A stretch of DNA of 62,150 nt, filler included, from Bacteriovoracaceae bacterium (GCA_018649885.1; 3 parts of 3 records of this genome joined end to end with filler, not necessarily neighbours in it); one strand, 5' to 3'. Numbered from the whole stretch's first letter, positions 17,715-28,427 are shown. Numbers and translations: made by a program. Notes: a model not told the origin generated them from the sequence alone.

Positions 17715-17968
17715 GATTACTAATTTTAGTGCTACTTTCTCTTTTGTTTGTAAATCATCTCGAAGCAGAAGAAAAAAAGGCAGGAGTCATTTACCAATAT
17801 AAAACCTATGAAGAGTTTGACCTTGGAAACCTAGAGATTAAAGGCGAAATCATCGCCCCTGGGGACCTTTCAGTAAGAGAAAGAGAGAGAAAGGTTTTTT
17901 CAAGAAATCTATATGAAAAACCTAATTTTAAAAGAGAAGAAAAAAGAGATTTAGATAGTCTTAGATAG
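17711..17968 (+). CDS. Small secreted protein, GltF/CglF-like
   Basis: Signal peptide and YEEFDLGNLEIKGEIIAPG motif. Position within the glt operon. Confidence 0.7.
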   Translation: MRLLILVLLSLLFVNHLEAEEKKAGVIYQYKTYEEFDLGNLEIKGEIIAPGDLSVRERERKVFSRNLYEKPNFKREEKRDLDSLR

Positions 17969-17987
17969 TGAACAATAAGGAGTTACT

Positions 17988-18719
17988 ATGGAAACGCAAA
18001 CAATTCCATCACCTGTAGAGAGCGTTGATTTTCTTACAACGGCGGCCAAGTTCATGGATGAAGGTGGTATTTTTATGTGGATTATCCTTGCTGTTTGGAT
18101 CTTTGGCATATGTGTGGCCATTGAGAGATTTAAAATACTTTGGAGTCTAGACATAGATGGACCATCTCTAATGAGCAAGGTTAAGAAGGCCGTTTTAAAT
18201 AACCAAATAAAGGACTTGATCAGTGAGCTATCAGGGTCAAAAGCACTTTTACCACTTATTTTCAAAAGTGGGCTAAAAAGAGCTAATAGATCAAGAGAGC
18301 AAATCGTAGATGCTGTGGAATCATCAGTGTTAGAGTCCATACCCAAACTAGAAAAAAGAATGAATTACTTATCTCTTGTGGCCAATGTGTCAACACTAGT
18401 AGGATTACTAGGTACGATATATGGCCTGATTGAATCATTCGCCGCTGTTGCCAGTGCTGACCCCTCAAAAAAGGCTGAACTTTTAGCACTGGGGATATCA
18501 AAGGCGATGAATACTACGGCACTTGGTTTGATATCGGCCATTTCAATAATGGTAGTTCATACAATTTTAAGTAGCCGTTCAGATAAAATACTAGGTGAGA
18601 TTGATCAATATTCAATTAAATTAGTGGACCTATTGGGAGGACAAACCATTCGGGCCAGCAATACCTCTAGTGAAGACCTTCCTGGTGTGCCTACAGAGCT
18701 ACCCAGGAAGGTCTCCTAG
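17988..18719 (+). CDS. MotA/TolQ/ExbB proton channel protein (AglR-like)
   Basis: ANVSTLVGLLGTIYGLIESF and LALGISKAMNTTALGL motifs. Confidence 0.92.
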   Translation: METQTIPSPVESVDFLTTAAKFMDEGGIFMWIILAVWIFGICVAIERFKILWSLDIDGPSLMSKVKKAVLNNQIKDLISELSGSKALLPLIFKSGLKRANRSREQIVDAVESSVLESIPKLEKRMNYLSLVANVSTLVGLLGTIYGLIESFAAVASADPSKKAELLALGISKAMNTTALGLISAISIMVVHTILSSRSDKILGEIDQYSIKLVDLLGGQTIRASNTSSEDLPGVPTELPRKVS

Positions 18720-18758
18720 GGGTTTTAAATTTAAGCTGAGTTTAATGGAGGAAAGAAA

Positions 18759-19250
18759 ATGAGAAGATTAACAAGAAAAGAAATTGTAAAACCAAATCTT
18801 ATCCCAATCCTAGATTCGGTATTTATCTTCATTTTCTTTTTACTGATGTCTGCTCAATTTCTTGAGATATACGAAATTGGAAGTGACGCTCCCATGATCT
18901 CAAGCGATGAGCCACAAAAGGATAAAAAACCTCCTCTAAACCTCTCTGTTGAAATACGCAAAAGAGAGCTCATTTTAAGAAAAGGCATTGATAATAAGGT
19001 GTTTAAGAAAATTGCAAAAAAAGATGGAAAATACAATTTAGAGGAGTTTGGCATAGTCCTTAGTGATTTGAAAAATCAATTTCCTAAGGAGGAGAGCATT
19101 ATCATCAAACCAAGCTCCGCTGTTAAATACGACTCTATCGTTAGAATCGTCGATGCATCTCGCATGAGAAAAAGTCAATTAGATAGCGCAGGTAAGCAAA
19201 TAGAAGAAAAAGACCTTTTTGGAAAAGTAATATTTGATACTTCAAACTAG
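18759..19250 (+). CDS. ExbD/TolR family protein (AglQ-like)
   Basis: PNLIPILDSVFIFIFFLLMS TM with conserved Asp, and VKYDSIVRIVDA. Confidence 0.88.
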   Translation: MRRLTRKEIVKPNLIPILDSVFIFIFFLLMSAQFLEIYEIGSDAPMISSDEPQKDKKPPLNLSVEIRKRELILRKGIDNKVFKKIAKKDGKYNLEEFGIVLSDLKNQFPKEESIIIKPSSAVKYDSIVRIVDASRMRKSQLDSAGKQIEEKDLFGKVIFDTSN

Positions 19251-19257
19251 GATAATT

Positions 19258-19731
19258 ATGAACTCGCGATTTGGAAAAAGAAGAAGAGGCAAAACAAAGG
19301 TATTAGATTTGGATATCACATCCTTACTTGATATCCTTGTCATCTTACTTGTTTTCTTATTAAAAAGTTATAATGCCTCTGATTTAAAATTGAACTTACT
19401 TGAAGGTATAAAACTACCAAACTCGAAAAGTCGTGACCTTGGCTCACACGCCATTATTGTTCAGGTGGATGGAGATAAAAATGTTTTTTACAATAATAGA
19501 AAGATTGCCCAGATTGACCCAGGCCAAGAAACGATAAGTGAGCTTGAAAGCGAGCTTCAGCTAGAGATTGAAAAATCGAGTCCAAAAGATGGTAAAAGAA
19601 ATGAAAAAGATCACCAGCTAAACTTGGTATTTGATAAATCAACAAATTTTAAAACTATGAAGATTGTTATGCATACAGCTGCAATTGCTGGCTATCCTAA
19701 ATTTAAATTTATTGTGCAAGGAGAGTTCTAA
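19258..19731 (+). CDS. ExbD/TolR family protein (AglS-like)
   Basis: LDITSLLDILVILLVFLLKS. ATG at 19258 (ORF track 19234). Confidence 0.88.
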   Translation: MNSRFGKRRRGKTKVLDLDITSLLDILVILLVFLLKSYNASDLKLNLLEGIKLPNSKSRDLGSHAIIVQVDGDKNVFYNNRKIAQIDPGQETISELESELQLEIEKSSPKDGKRNEKDHQLNLVFDKSTNFKTMKIVMHTAAIAGYPKFKFIVQGEF

Positions 19732-22595
19732 TGAAGCTTTTTGCCATATTTTTTGGGGCCTATTTAATATTTAATATTTCACTGTCTTTTAGTGCAGACA
19801 AGAACCCTGCCCCCTTAGATAGAAGGGATAGGCTTTTAAAAATCATTGATGAAGAAATTAACCTCATAAAAATGGTCAAAAGAAAAAAGGCCAACTTAGA
19901 GCACAGATTATTTGAATTATACAATGAAAAAACAAAGCTACTGAAAGAAAAGGAAAACCGCTCTTTTTTAAAGGCAACCAAAAGAGGTGCTAAAAAATCA
20001 GAATATTTTGCGAAATCCATAAGCCACAATGGTTTCGTAAAATCTTTTGCAAAAAAAATCATCAAAAGACACCCAAGATACCATAGATTAAATGAAATAT
20101 ATTATTCTCTGGCATTAAACTCCAGAGATTATGACAAAGACAAGGCCACAAAGCACTACTTATACAAGGCCCTGAAAATAACAAAGAAAAATTCAAAACT
20201 TGGTCATCAAATCTATGTTGCTCTTGCCGAATATTTCTACAATAAGAAGAAATATGTAAAAGCAATTAAGCTCTATAGAGTTGTAATTGGAAACAAAAGT
20301 GATAATTGGCATGCTAAACACCTATATAATCTAAGCTGGTGCTATCTGAAAATTATGAAATATCGATCTGCCATCAAGGCCATTCGAGTGGCCTATATCA
20401 AGTCTAAAAATGGACAATATATAAGTGTAAAAGAGCAAGTTCTTCAAAGCATAGGCCCATTTTATGTGTATGCGGGAGAAATTGAAAAAGGTGTTTCATT
20501 TTATACTAAAAATGAAAAAGCACCAATTCCCTATCTTCTAAAGATGATAGATGTCACTACCAAGAAGGGAAAGTTTGAAGATGTTCAATATATTTTGGCA
20601 AAATCACACGCTATGGCAAAAGCATCACCAAAAAAGACTGATAGTATTCAAATATATATGAAAGAATTAGATATTTATAGAAATTATCAAAAATCAAATT
20701 TACATTATAGAAGTACAAAACACCTATGGGCCCATCACAAACAAGGCCATCTCGGTAAAAATCAAGTTGCTGAAATCGTTGAAAAGACCAAGGCCTATGT
20801 AGGATTCTTACAAATAAAGTTAGCACAAGATGTAAAGAAGAACTCGTTTGATTTCAAAGCATCTTCACTCACAATGGTAATTGGCTATTTTGACTTTCTT
20901 GTAACTTTTGATCCAAAAAATCAAGATGAGTACAACTTCTTTCAAGGTGAAAGTTATTTTAGTGTCGGTAAATTCCAACTTGCAGCTACAAAATACGTAG
21001 GTGGCCTTAAATTCTCTGACAAGAATCCTAAAGCAATAAAGATCAAAGAAAAACTCATCAACTCTCTTTTTGCAGTACTTGATGAAGGGAATTTTAATAA
21101 AGTTCAAAAACAAAACTGGCAGGTATATGCTTATGAATACAACCTCAAGTATTGGCCAAAAACTCCCAGATCAAAAAGAATCTATCCTCTACTATTTGAA
21201 TTATATTTTGCAAAAAAGGGTTTAGATAAATCTCTTGCGGTGATTAGTAAGTTTGCAAAATTCTTCCCTGGTGAGATAGTGGCCCAAAGAGAATTGACGA
21301 CCAGGCTTATTGATTACCACATTGTCAAAAAAGATACCGAGCGACTGGCCCATTGGATCAAAAAAATGAAGGCCGGTTTTTTAAGTTTTGGAGCTTCAAA
21401 AATTCAAAAGACAGAGCTTGTCCTGGGACAAATTCTATTTCAAAACTTTGAAGGGATGCAATCAACTGGAAAATTAATTCCTGCTATAAAAGGCTATATT
21501 TCACTATATAAAAATCCAATATACCCAGACTCAATTAAACAAAAAACAAGTTTTAATACAGCTCTACTTCTTTTGAAAATTTCACATACATCAAAATCTG
21601 CAAAATGGATGGTAAAAACACTAGGGCATAGAACTGAGGACAACTTGGTGAAAAATGCCCCAAGGTTTATTGAAATATCAAAACTCTATGCTTCACTTCT
21701 CGACTATAAATCTGCTAAATACTTGGCCTCTAAATTTCTCCTTAAAACATGTTCTAAAGGATATTCTCAAAAACAAGACCTATTTTATGTTAGCTCATAC
21801 CAGTCAATTAATAAAAGTGATTTAGATTCTTTTAAAAAGGATATGAGCTTTTTCAGGAAGTGTGGTCTCACTTCAAAAACAGAGCAGGCTATAGGGGATC
21901 TGTTCATATCGAAAATTATATCTCATAGAGATCACGATGCTCTAGAGGAAAGCTTTACACAGATAAAATTATCAAGTGTGGGTAAAGAAAGTTTCGCTGG
22001 AGAGCTTTTAAATTGGTATTGGGATATCTATTTTACCAGTGGAAAAAACCAAGTAAAAAACAATTTGAGAAAACTTCTCAACAAACATGATCAAAAATAT
22101 CAATATTTGAGTAAATTTAATAAGATTTGGAAAAAATATCAAAAGACTCACTTGCCTCCAGCAATTGAGCTGCAAAATTTTGATGAAAGGTTATTTAACA
22201 AAACTCTTACTTCAGCGCTCTCTTCACTTCAAAAGTCATCTGCTGAAATTACTTCTCTTAGCAAATATAGTGATAAAAATGTCATACTGGGGATGGACCA
22301 TTTAACTTCTAATATTTACCATAATTATTCTACTTATCTAAAAAATATAAAATTTATATTTAGTGACAAAGGATTTGAGAAGTCATTTTATGGTCAGGTT
22401 GCTGGAGTTGCGGCAAAGCTAAACAAAAAGGCCCGCGAATTCAAAAGACATGGAAGCACTCTCATTGTTAAACACCAATCACTTTCTTCATTTAATAGAT
22501 TTTTCATAGAAACACCATTAAGTGGCATACCTACATTCCAAATTCCTAATCAGAATTTGGAAACAATCTCATATTCAAAAAGGGGGGCAAAATGA
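19731..22595 (+). CDS. Large periplasmic TPR protein (GltD/AgmU-like)
   Basis: Signal peptide, many TPR-like helices (ALAEYFYNKKKY, LYNLSWCY) and operon position. Confidence 0.7.
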   Translation: MKLFAIFFGAYLIFNISLSFSADKNPAPLDRRDRLLKIIDEEINLIKMVKRKKANLEHRLFELYNEKTKLLKEKENRSFLKATKRGAKKSEYFAKSISHNGFVKSFAKKIIKRHPRYHRLNEIYYSLALNSRDYDKDKATKHYLYKALKITKKNSKLGHQIYVALAEYFYNKKKYVKAIKLYRVVIGNKSDNWHAKHLYNLSWCYLKIMKYRSAIKAIRVAYIKSKNGQYISVKEQVLQSIGPFYVYAGEIEKGVSFYTKNEKAPIPYLLKMIDVTTKKGKFEDVQYILAKSHAMAKASPKKTDSIQIYMKELDIYRNYQKSNLHYRSTKHLWAHHKQGHLGKNQVAEIVEKTKAYVGFLQIKLAQDVKKNSFDFKASSLTMVIGYFDFLVTFDPKNQDEYNFFQGESYFSVGKFQLAATKYVGGLKFSDKNPKAIKIKEKLINSLFAVLDEGNFNKVQKQNWQVYAYEYNLKYWPKTPRSKRIYPLLFELYFAKKGLDKSLAVISKFAKFFPGEIVAQRELTTRLIDYHIVKKDTERLAHWIKKMKAGFLSFGASKIQKTELVLGQILFQNFEGMQSTGKLIPAIKGYISLYKNPIYPDSIKQKTSFNTALLLLKISHTSKSAKWMVKTLGHRTEDNLVKNAPRFIEISKLYASLLDYKSAKYLASKFLLKTCSKGYSQKQDLFYVSSYQSINKSDLDSFKKDMSFFRKCGLTSKTEQAIGDLFISKIISHRDHDALEESFTQIKLSSVGKESFAGELLNWYWDIYFTSGKNQVKNNLRKLLNKHDQKYQYLSKFNKIWKKYQKTHLPPAIELQNFDERLFNKTLTSALSSLQKSSAEITSLSKYSDKNVILGMDHLTSNIYHNYSTYLKNIKFIFSDKGFEKSFYGQVAGVAAKLNKKAREFKRHGSTLIVKHQSLSSFNRFFIETPLSGIPTFQIPNQNLETISYSKRGAK

Positions 22596-23440
22596 ATAAG
22601 ACAATTTTTTCCATATTTTTGCTCGTGTTGTTAGTTGGTTGTTCAACAACTGAGAAGTATGATGAAGAATTTCTGGAGGAAGCCCAAGAGTATAGCACAG
22701 GCCCTGAGGAGGAGCAAGGACCTAGCACACCAAAAAAGGTCAGAAGAAAAACTAAAAGACCACATGTATCGAAAACAAAATTGCAAAAGTTGTGTCACAC
22801 CAACTTTAAAAAATTCTTTAAACTCTCTAAGTACAAGGCATCAAAAAGCTCACAGTTTTTTGATTTCTATTTATCTCTTGGAGATTGTCACTATGAAAAA
22901 GATGAGGCTCATCAAGCATTTGAGTACTATACCAAAGCTAAAGCGCTCATCAAGGCAAGGCCCCGAATGAAAGGTGCTGTGTTTTACAAATTAGCTGAAA
23001 CTCTTATTCTGCTTAGACAATACGACAAAGCAAAATCATATTTATTGGTTTCAAAAGACTATCACGCGGTAAAAAACAAATCCCTTTATCAAATCGGGCT
23101 GATTGAGCTTAGATTTTTTAATCCAAGCTCAGCATTAGCTCATATTGGGCAAATTGACCAAACCTCATTTCCACAAGACCTACTAAAAATGAGTCGGGCC
23201 CATGCATATTTCCTGATGGGTAATTATCAAAAGTCTATTGCACTTTATGGCAGCATTGATCAATCAAAATTAATTGAGACAGGCTCAGGGTTCTTATTTG
23301 CTCTTTCACTATTTAGAGCAAAGAAATATCAACAAACGAAAGAGATGTTAGTAAGTTTAGAAGGCGTGGACTTCCCACAATATGACAATATTCGTGAATA
23401 CTTAGAAGAAAACTTAGTCCAACTTTTGGCGAAAAGGTAG
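22592..23440 (+). CDS. TPR lipoprotein (GltE/AglT-like)
   Basis: Lipobox LVGC, TPR repeats and ATGA overlap with the previous gene. Confidence 0.72.
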   Translation: MNKTIFSIFLLVLLVGCSTTEKYDEEFLEEAQEYSTGPEEEQGPSTPKKVRRKTKRPHVSKTKLQKLCHTNFKKFFKLSKYKASKSSQFFDFYLSLGDCHYEKDEAHQAFEYYTKAKALIKARPRMKGAVFYKLAETLILLRQYDKAKSYLLVSKDYHAVKNKSLYQIGLIELRFFNPSSALAHIGQIDQTSFPQDLLKMSRAHAYFLMGNYQKSIALYGSIDQSKLIETGSGFLFALSLFRAKKYQQTKEMLVSLEGVDFPQYDNIREYLEENLVQLLAKR

Positions 23441-23445
23441 TTTAA

Positions 23446-25347
23446 ATGAGTATGAGCATTTTAAAGAAAAAACAATCACTATTTAGGCTTCAATATGTTG
23501 GGGAAAAATCCAGCGCAGTTGATATTGATTTAACTCAAAACAAATGCCTAATTGGTGGAAGCGATAAAACTGATATTTTTATCGATTCAGATAAAATCTC
23601 TCATTACCATGCAATGCTAATTATCATTCCTGGCGGCGGTTTAAAGGTTATTGACCTTGAGAGCGTAAATGGAACTTTTGTTAATGGTGAAAAAATCACG
23701 CAGACAATATGCTTTGAAGGAGATATTTTACAATTTGGAAATCTCTCTTTTCAACTTATGGAGATGGAAAATGAAAGTGTGGTTAAGAATTTAGATCACG
23801 GAGTAAAACAGATTAAACACAGCACTGATGAAGAGTATTCCATCCCTAAACCTCCAGATAACTTTAAGGACCTATCACTTATAGATGATGAATATTGCAA
23901 ACTTGATATTGAATATACTGATCAAAACAATGATGTTCTACCAATAGAGCAGGTTAACTATGACATAGATGAATTTATTGATACCCATGAAGAGCTCGAG
24001 ACATATAATTTATCAAAAGGCGAAAAACCTTCCAATACGACCAATCTTCAGCTGTGGATTGTATCAAGAAATGAAATTGTCACAATGGAAAATATCCCCT
24101 TCAAAAAGGGAGTTGCAAAACTTACAGGTAAGTGCCAAGTCTTTAACTTCTTTGATTTTGAAGAAGAGCATATCGATTTTTCAATTTCAGGTGATGTTCT
24201 AACAATTCCCAAATTAAACGGATGGAATCTATACTTAGATAAAAAGCAATTCGAAGAAACACAGTTTGATATTAAAACCAGAGGGAATCTATATTACCAA
24301 AAAGAGCATCTACAAATTTACATAAGCACCAATAATAGTCAAAACGAATTTAAAAGGCTCCCATTCTGGATGAGAGAATCTGAGTTCTATAAAAAAAGCT
24401 CACTCCTTTTTACAACTGTCATGGGGCTTTTTCTATTACTACTGTTAGTAGATATTACAAAACCAACTCCAAAAAAGGAAAAAAAGCTCAGTATTATTTA
24501 TAAAGTAAAACCACAAATAAAAGGACCAAAACTGACTGAAGCAAAGTCTATGGATCCCAAGAAATCAAAAGTCATTGGTGACCAAAAAATCAAAACACCG
24601 AAACAACCTGTAAAAAAATCAGAAAGTAAAAAAGCACAGGTCAAAAAGAAGATCGCAAAGAAACCGACACCATCTAAGCCCAAAACAAAGGTGAGGCCAG
24701 CAAGTAAGAGTGCCAAAAACCAGGTTGCTAAGAAGATTAAAATGAAAACCTACAAAATGAATCTTGATCCTAACTTAAGCAATCTATTTTCAGATAGCAA
24801 AGTATTAAACAAGATCAAGGTTGCAAATACTGGTCATTCAACGGCCTCTCTGTCCGACTCGAGCCCTTTAAATAGTGCAGGAAAGGTAAGTATCAAGGCA
24901 GAAGGAGTTGGTAAGGTTGGAAAAATTGGCAGTAACACAAGTGGCAAAAGCGGAAGCTCTACAGGCCCACAAGGGCTTGCTAGTAAAAAAGGGTTTGAAA
25001 CAAGCTATGTGGCACCTAAAACAGTTGTTCTGGGTTCCATGGATCCTGAAATATTAAGAAAAATTCTAAGAGAGTATCTCCCACAATTTAGGTATTGCTA
25101 CCAACAGGAGCTGGCCTTCAATTCAGAAGATGTTAAAGGAATTGTTGAACTCGCCTTTACAATAAACAAAAATGGTCATGTATCGAGGGCCAATGTGAAC
25201 TCAAAAGGTGGTAAGTTTTCTAAAAACGGTCGAAATTGTATGGCGAAGGTATTAAAAGTTATTGAGTTTCCAAAACCAAAAGGTGGAGGAAGGGTTGATG
25301 TAAAACAACCACTTAACTTTTTCTCAGAGAAAAATCGATTAAAATAA
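23446..25347 (+). CDS. FHA-domain, TM, AgmX/PglI (TonB_C-like) C-terminal domain protein (GltG-like)
   Basis: FHA (ISHYHAML, IDLESVNGTFVNG), one TM, a Lys/Pro/Gly linker, and QFRYCYQQEL...CMAKVLKVIEFPKPKGGG. Confidence 0.85.
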   Translation: MSMSILKKKQSLFRLQYVGEKSSAVDIDLTQNKCLIGGSDKTDIFIDSDKISHYHAMLIIIPGGGLKVIDLESVNGTFVNGEKITQTICFEGDILQFGNLSFQLMEMENESVVKNLDHGVKQIKHSTDEEYSIPKPPDNFKDLSLIDDEYCKLDIEYTDQNNDVLPIEQVNYDIDEFIDTHEELETYNLSKGEKPSNTTNLQLWIVSRNEIVTMENIPFKKGVAKLTGKCQVFNFFDFEEEHIDFSISGDVLTIPKLNGWNLYLDKKQFEETQFDIKTRGNLYYQKEHLQIYISTNNSQNEFKRLPFWMRESEFYKKSSLLFTTVMGLFLLLLLVDITKPTPKKEKKLSIIYKVKPQIKGPKLTEAKSMDPKKSKVIGDQKIKTPKQPVKKSESKKAQVKKKIAKKPTPSKPKTKVRPASKSAKNQVAKKIKMKTYKMNLDPNLSNLFSDSKVLNKIKVANTGHSTASLSDSSPLNSAGKVSIKAEGVGKVGKIGSNTSGKSGSSTGPQGLASKKGFETSYVAPKTVVLGSMDPEILRKILREYLPQFRYCYQQELAFNSEDVKGIVELAFTINKNGHVSRANVNSKGGKFSKNGRNCMAKVLKVIEFPKPKGGGRVDVKQPLNFFSEKNRLK

Positions 25348-25399
25348 AGCACTTGTCTCTAAGTAATGACCATGAGGCAAGAATTTCCAAAAAGGCCTT

Positions 25400-25415
25400 G
25401 GGCGTTTAAGTTGCC
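25400..25415 (+). promoter_or_regulatory. Sigma54 promoter candidate
   Basis: GGGCGTTTAAGTTGCC (GG-N10-GC with TTGC), about 50 bp upstream of lipoprotein 25467. Confidence 0.55.
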
Positions 25416-25466
25416 TACTCATAAGTACGATCTGTCTGTTGAGCAAATCGTTGTTGGAGGCGGCTA

Positions 25467-26399
25467 ATGAAAATGAGACACTATTTAACACCACTATTTA
25501 TTTTACTGGCAAGTTGCTCTACCAATCAGCCTGAATCCAATATAAAAGATAAGAAACTGGCCAAAAGAAGTGAAAATTCTGAAAGTTATCATCAGAAAAC
25601 GGGAGTGCCTAATTCAGCAGATATTTTATATTTCGATTACAACTTTAACAAAAGAAGAAATACTAGAAAGATTGCTAGTGCTGGCAGTCACCAAAGCATA
25701 GAACAGTTTCCTCACAAACAAGTTTATTTTCTTACACTATTTGAACAATACTCTTCACTTAAAAATAAAATTCCCTCGAGCTTGTCACTCAACTCTTGTC
25801 CAAGCTTTCATTCATCTTTTATTAATTACGATAAGAAATGGCAGAAGCTGGGCGATACTAGCAGTGATTGGAATAAAAAGCTTCTTACAATTCCCAGTGG
25901 TATCAATTTTGAGAAAAGTAATGATCTGGCACTATTTCCAGAGCTATCACTTCCTGTTACTGAAAAATCACCCTATCCGGCGGTTTTTGATGTCCTCCCC
26001 AAGTTAAAAGGAGCTGATCAAAAACAAGAACTATTAAAAAAGGCATACTCAATCCATCTAAAAAAACTTCACAATGAATTAGCAAGTCTATGTGAGTTTG
26101 GACACAGCGATGGTTATTATGTATTTGAAAACTTTCTAAAGCATATTGAAAAAAATCCCAAGTATATGGGCTCTACTGAGTCAATTCAGGCAGTGTTTAA
26201 AATTTCAGTTTTTTCAAATATGGCCTTAGGTCTATCTGTTCGCTCGGCACTTGTAGGTGACTCTAAAAATGAAAGAGCACTGGCCTCAGCACTTAAGTTC
26301 AGCGTTTTAGAGCAAGAGCTTGTTAGAAGGCTGAAAGCAAAATGGTCTGATGGTTATTTCAAGGAAATGGTAGAAAGAAGGGCCAAATACTCAAATTAG
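25467..26399 (+). CDS. Hypothetical lipoprotein
   Basis: Lipobox LASC and GGAGG RBS. Confidence 0.75.
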   Translation: MKMRHYLTPLFILLASCSTNQPESNIKDKKLAKRSENSESYHQKTGVPNSADILYFDYNFNKRRNTRKIASAGSHQSIEQFPHKQVYFLTLFEQYSSLKNKIPSSLSLNSCPSFHSSFINYDKKWQKLGDTSSDWNKKLLTIPSGINFEKSNDLALFPELSLPVTEKSPYPAVFDVLPKLKGADQKQELLKKAYSIHLKKLHNELASLCEFGHSDGYYVFENFLKHIEKNPKYMGSTESIQAVFKISVFSNMALGLSVRSALVGDSKNERALASALKFSVLEQELVRRLKAKWSDGYFKEMVERRAKYSN

Positions 26400-26405
26400 C
26401 TTTGA

Positions 26406-27554
26406 TTAAAAGGCCTGGTTGTTATTAAAAATATAGAGTCTATTTCTGGCCGAATAAGCTGCAAGATAATTATCTGAAGAAGACATATCCCCAAAAATAG
26501 TTGAAAAGGCAGAGCCAAGAGAGAAGGTCTTCTCTATTTTCATAGTTTGCGGATCAATAAGATGGATTAACCCATCTGTGGTAGCTGCTGCAACTTTACT
26601 CTTCCAAGTTATAATACTGGTAATTGCCCTCTTGGTGACTTTTATTGAGCTAATTTCAGCAGTAGTGCTCTTAGACAGCTTAACCAAATCTCCGTCGAGT
26701 GTTCCGATAAAAACAAAGTCCCCGTAGGCAATAGGTTTTCTAGAAGGTCTATAGCTCAGTGTTCTTTTAACAACACCAGTTTTTGGATCAACCATGGAAA
26801 GGGGGCCTGTTAAAGGAGATGCCCAAATCAATCCACCAACCATAACAGGTGAAGTATCTACATCGACAAATTTTGTTCCTCTAGACAGTGCTGTCTCCCA
26901 AAGCATAAGACCATCATCGAGATTAAACGCCGCCAATACTCCATCGGCAAAGCCCACATAAATGGTCCCATTTAAAACCATAGGTGCCGATACTCTTTGA
27001 ATAGTTGTGTTATAGGGAACTGAGCGCTTGTAGGCCCACAATATCTTCCCTGTTTCAGCGTCAAGGCATACTAGCTTGTGATTTCTCAAATGGAATATTG
27101 CCCTTCCCTTATAAATAGTAGGAGCGTCCTCAACGGAGGATCCAAGATCAATAGCGTAATTTAATTTGTGAGATAGGTAATGCCTAGAATAGACCCGACC
27201 ATCAAGGGAGCCATATATGAGGTGGTCTTTATAAAAGGTTCCTTTGGCCCCAAGAGCTCGTCCTTCATCAACTTCCCAGAGGACACGCCCCCTGTCTAGT
27301 GAGTAAGCGGTCATGACTCCATCGCTACTTCCCATGAAGACAATATCTTCGTGAATTAAAGGAGCTCCAAGGCCTATGGGCAAATTCCCTGTTGAGTAAC
27401 TTGGATCTAAATTCTTTGCCCATCTCACCATCAGTGGATTTTTGGCAGGTTTTACTCCCTCAATTTTCAAGACTTTTTTAATTGAGGAGCAGCTGCTCAC
27501 AATAAGTAGACTCATGAGGGTGAATAAAAAACATATTCTCTTTTGATTCATCAA
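26406..27554 (-). CDS. bamB: PQQ-like beta-propeller lipoprotein (BamB-like)
   Basis: Lipobox SSC and repeated propeller blades (LDAETGKILW, FNLDDGLMLW, VDVDTSP). Follows a YfgM-like gene. Confidence 0.8.
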   Translation of the reverse strand: MMNQKRICFLFTLMSLLIVSSCSSIKKVLKIEGVKPAKNPLMVRWAKNLDPSYSTGNLPIGLGAPLIHEDIVFMGSSDGVMTAYSLDRGRVLWEVDEGRALGAKGTFYKDHLIYGSLDGRVYSRHYLSHKLNYAIDLGSSVEDAPTIYKGRAIFHLRNHKLVCLDAETGKILWAYKRSVPYNTTIQRVSAPMVLNGTIYVGFADGVLAAFNLDDGLMLWETALSRGTKFVDVDTSPVMVGGLIWASPLTGPLSMVDPKTGVVKRTLSYRPSRKPIAYGDFVFIGTLDGDLVKLSKSTTAEISSIKVTKRAITSIITWKSKVAAATTDGLIHLIDPQTMKIEKTFSLGSAFSTIFGDMSSSDNYLAAYSARNRLYIFNNNQAF

Positions 27555-27555
27555 T

Positions 27556-28296
27556 TTATTTCCACTGTGTTAGGTAAAGTTTGGCCAATTTAGTCATCTC
27601 ACTAGTTGGATGATTCTTTACCAAATACTCTAAACTCTCACGGGCCTTATCTTTATTTCCAACGAGGCCATAGAGTCTACCCAAGTCTAGATATAATTTT
27701 TCTTCAAAAAGAACTTTCCCCGTTTTAGTAAGGCCCTCAATGTGTTCAATAGCTGTTTTATAATCTCCACTATCTTCAAGTGCAGCGGCAAGTGCAGAAA
27801 TAACATAAAAATTTGTCACTTGATTTGACTTCAAGCCTCCAGCAATCTTTTTCAAAAGCTCTAGGCCCTTAGCTTGGTGTCCATTGTCTTTCAAAGCTAA
27901 ATAGGTTTCAAGGACAACAGGGATAATTGTTTGATCCCCACTATACTCACTTATAAGGGGAGCCACATTAGCCATGATTTGCTCAGCTGTCACGGTAACC
28001 TTGGGGGCTTCACTTTCCCCTTCTTTTTTAGCTGCTGCAGCCTCTTTTGGATCTTTCTTTTTGAAGTGATCAAGATAAGCTGACTTATAGCTATAGATTT
28101 TAGCTGCTCTATCGGCGATTTTCTTTTGGGCAAAGTGTGTAAAGAGTCCATAGCCTACTGCTATAACAACAGCTGCTGTGAATACACCAACAACTAAGGC
28201 CTTGTGGTGAAGTATCATCTCACCAAATTCAGTGTCTTTTAAAGTATCATCAATAACCCGAGTAGGTACTCCCTCAGCTGGCGCTTTTGTGGACAT
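27556..28296 (-). CDS. YfgM-like membrane-anchored TPR protein
   Basis: N-terminal TM and C-terminal TPRs. Matches the conserved yfgM-bamB order. Confidence 0.7.
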   Translation of the reverse strand: MSTKAPAEGVPTRVIDDTLKDTEFGEMILHHKALVVGVFTAAVVIAVGYGLFTHFAQKKIADRAAKIYSYKSAYLDHFKKKDPKEAAAAKKEGESEAPKVTVTAEQIMANVAPLISEYSGDQTIIPVVLETYLALKDNGHQAKGLELLKKIAGGLKSNQVTNFYVISALAAALEDSGDYKTAIEHIEGLTKTGKVLFEEKLYLDLGRLYGLVGNKDKARESLEYLVKNHPTSEMTKLAKLYLTQWK

Positions 28297-28427
28297 AATT
28301 ACGAGACCCCTTATTTATCAAAAGTTTTAAGTGCAAATATTATTCGTGACCTTTTAAGTTGTCAAAAATAGTTAGCTATTGTTTAATTTATTAAATCTTC
28401 CAAATTTTTGAGATAGGGACGTCCAAG

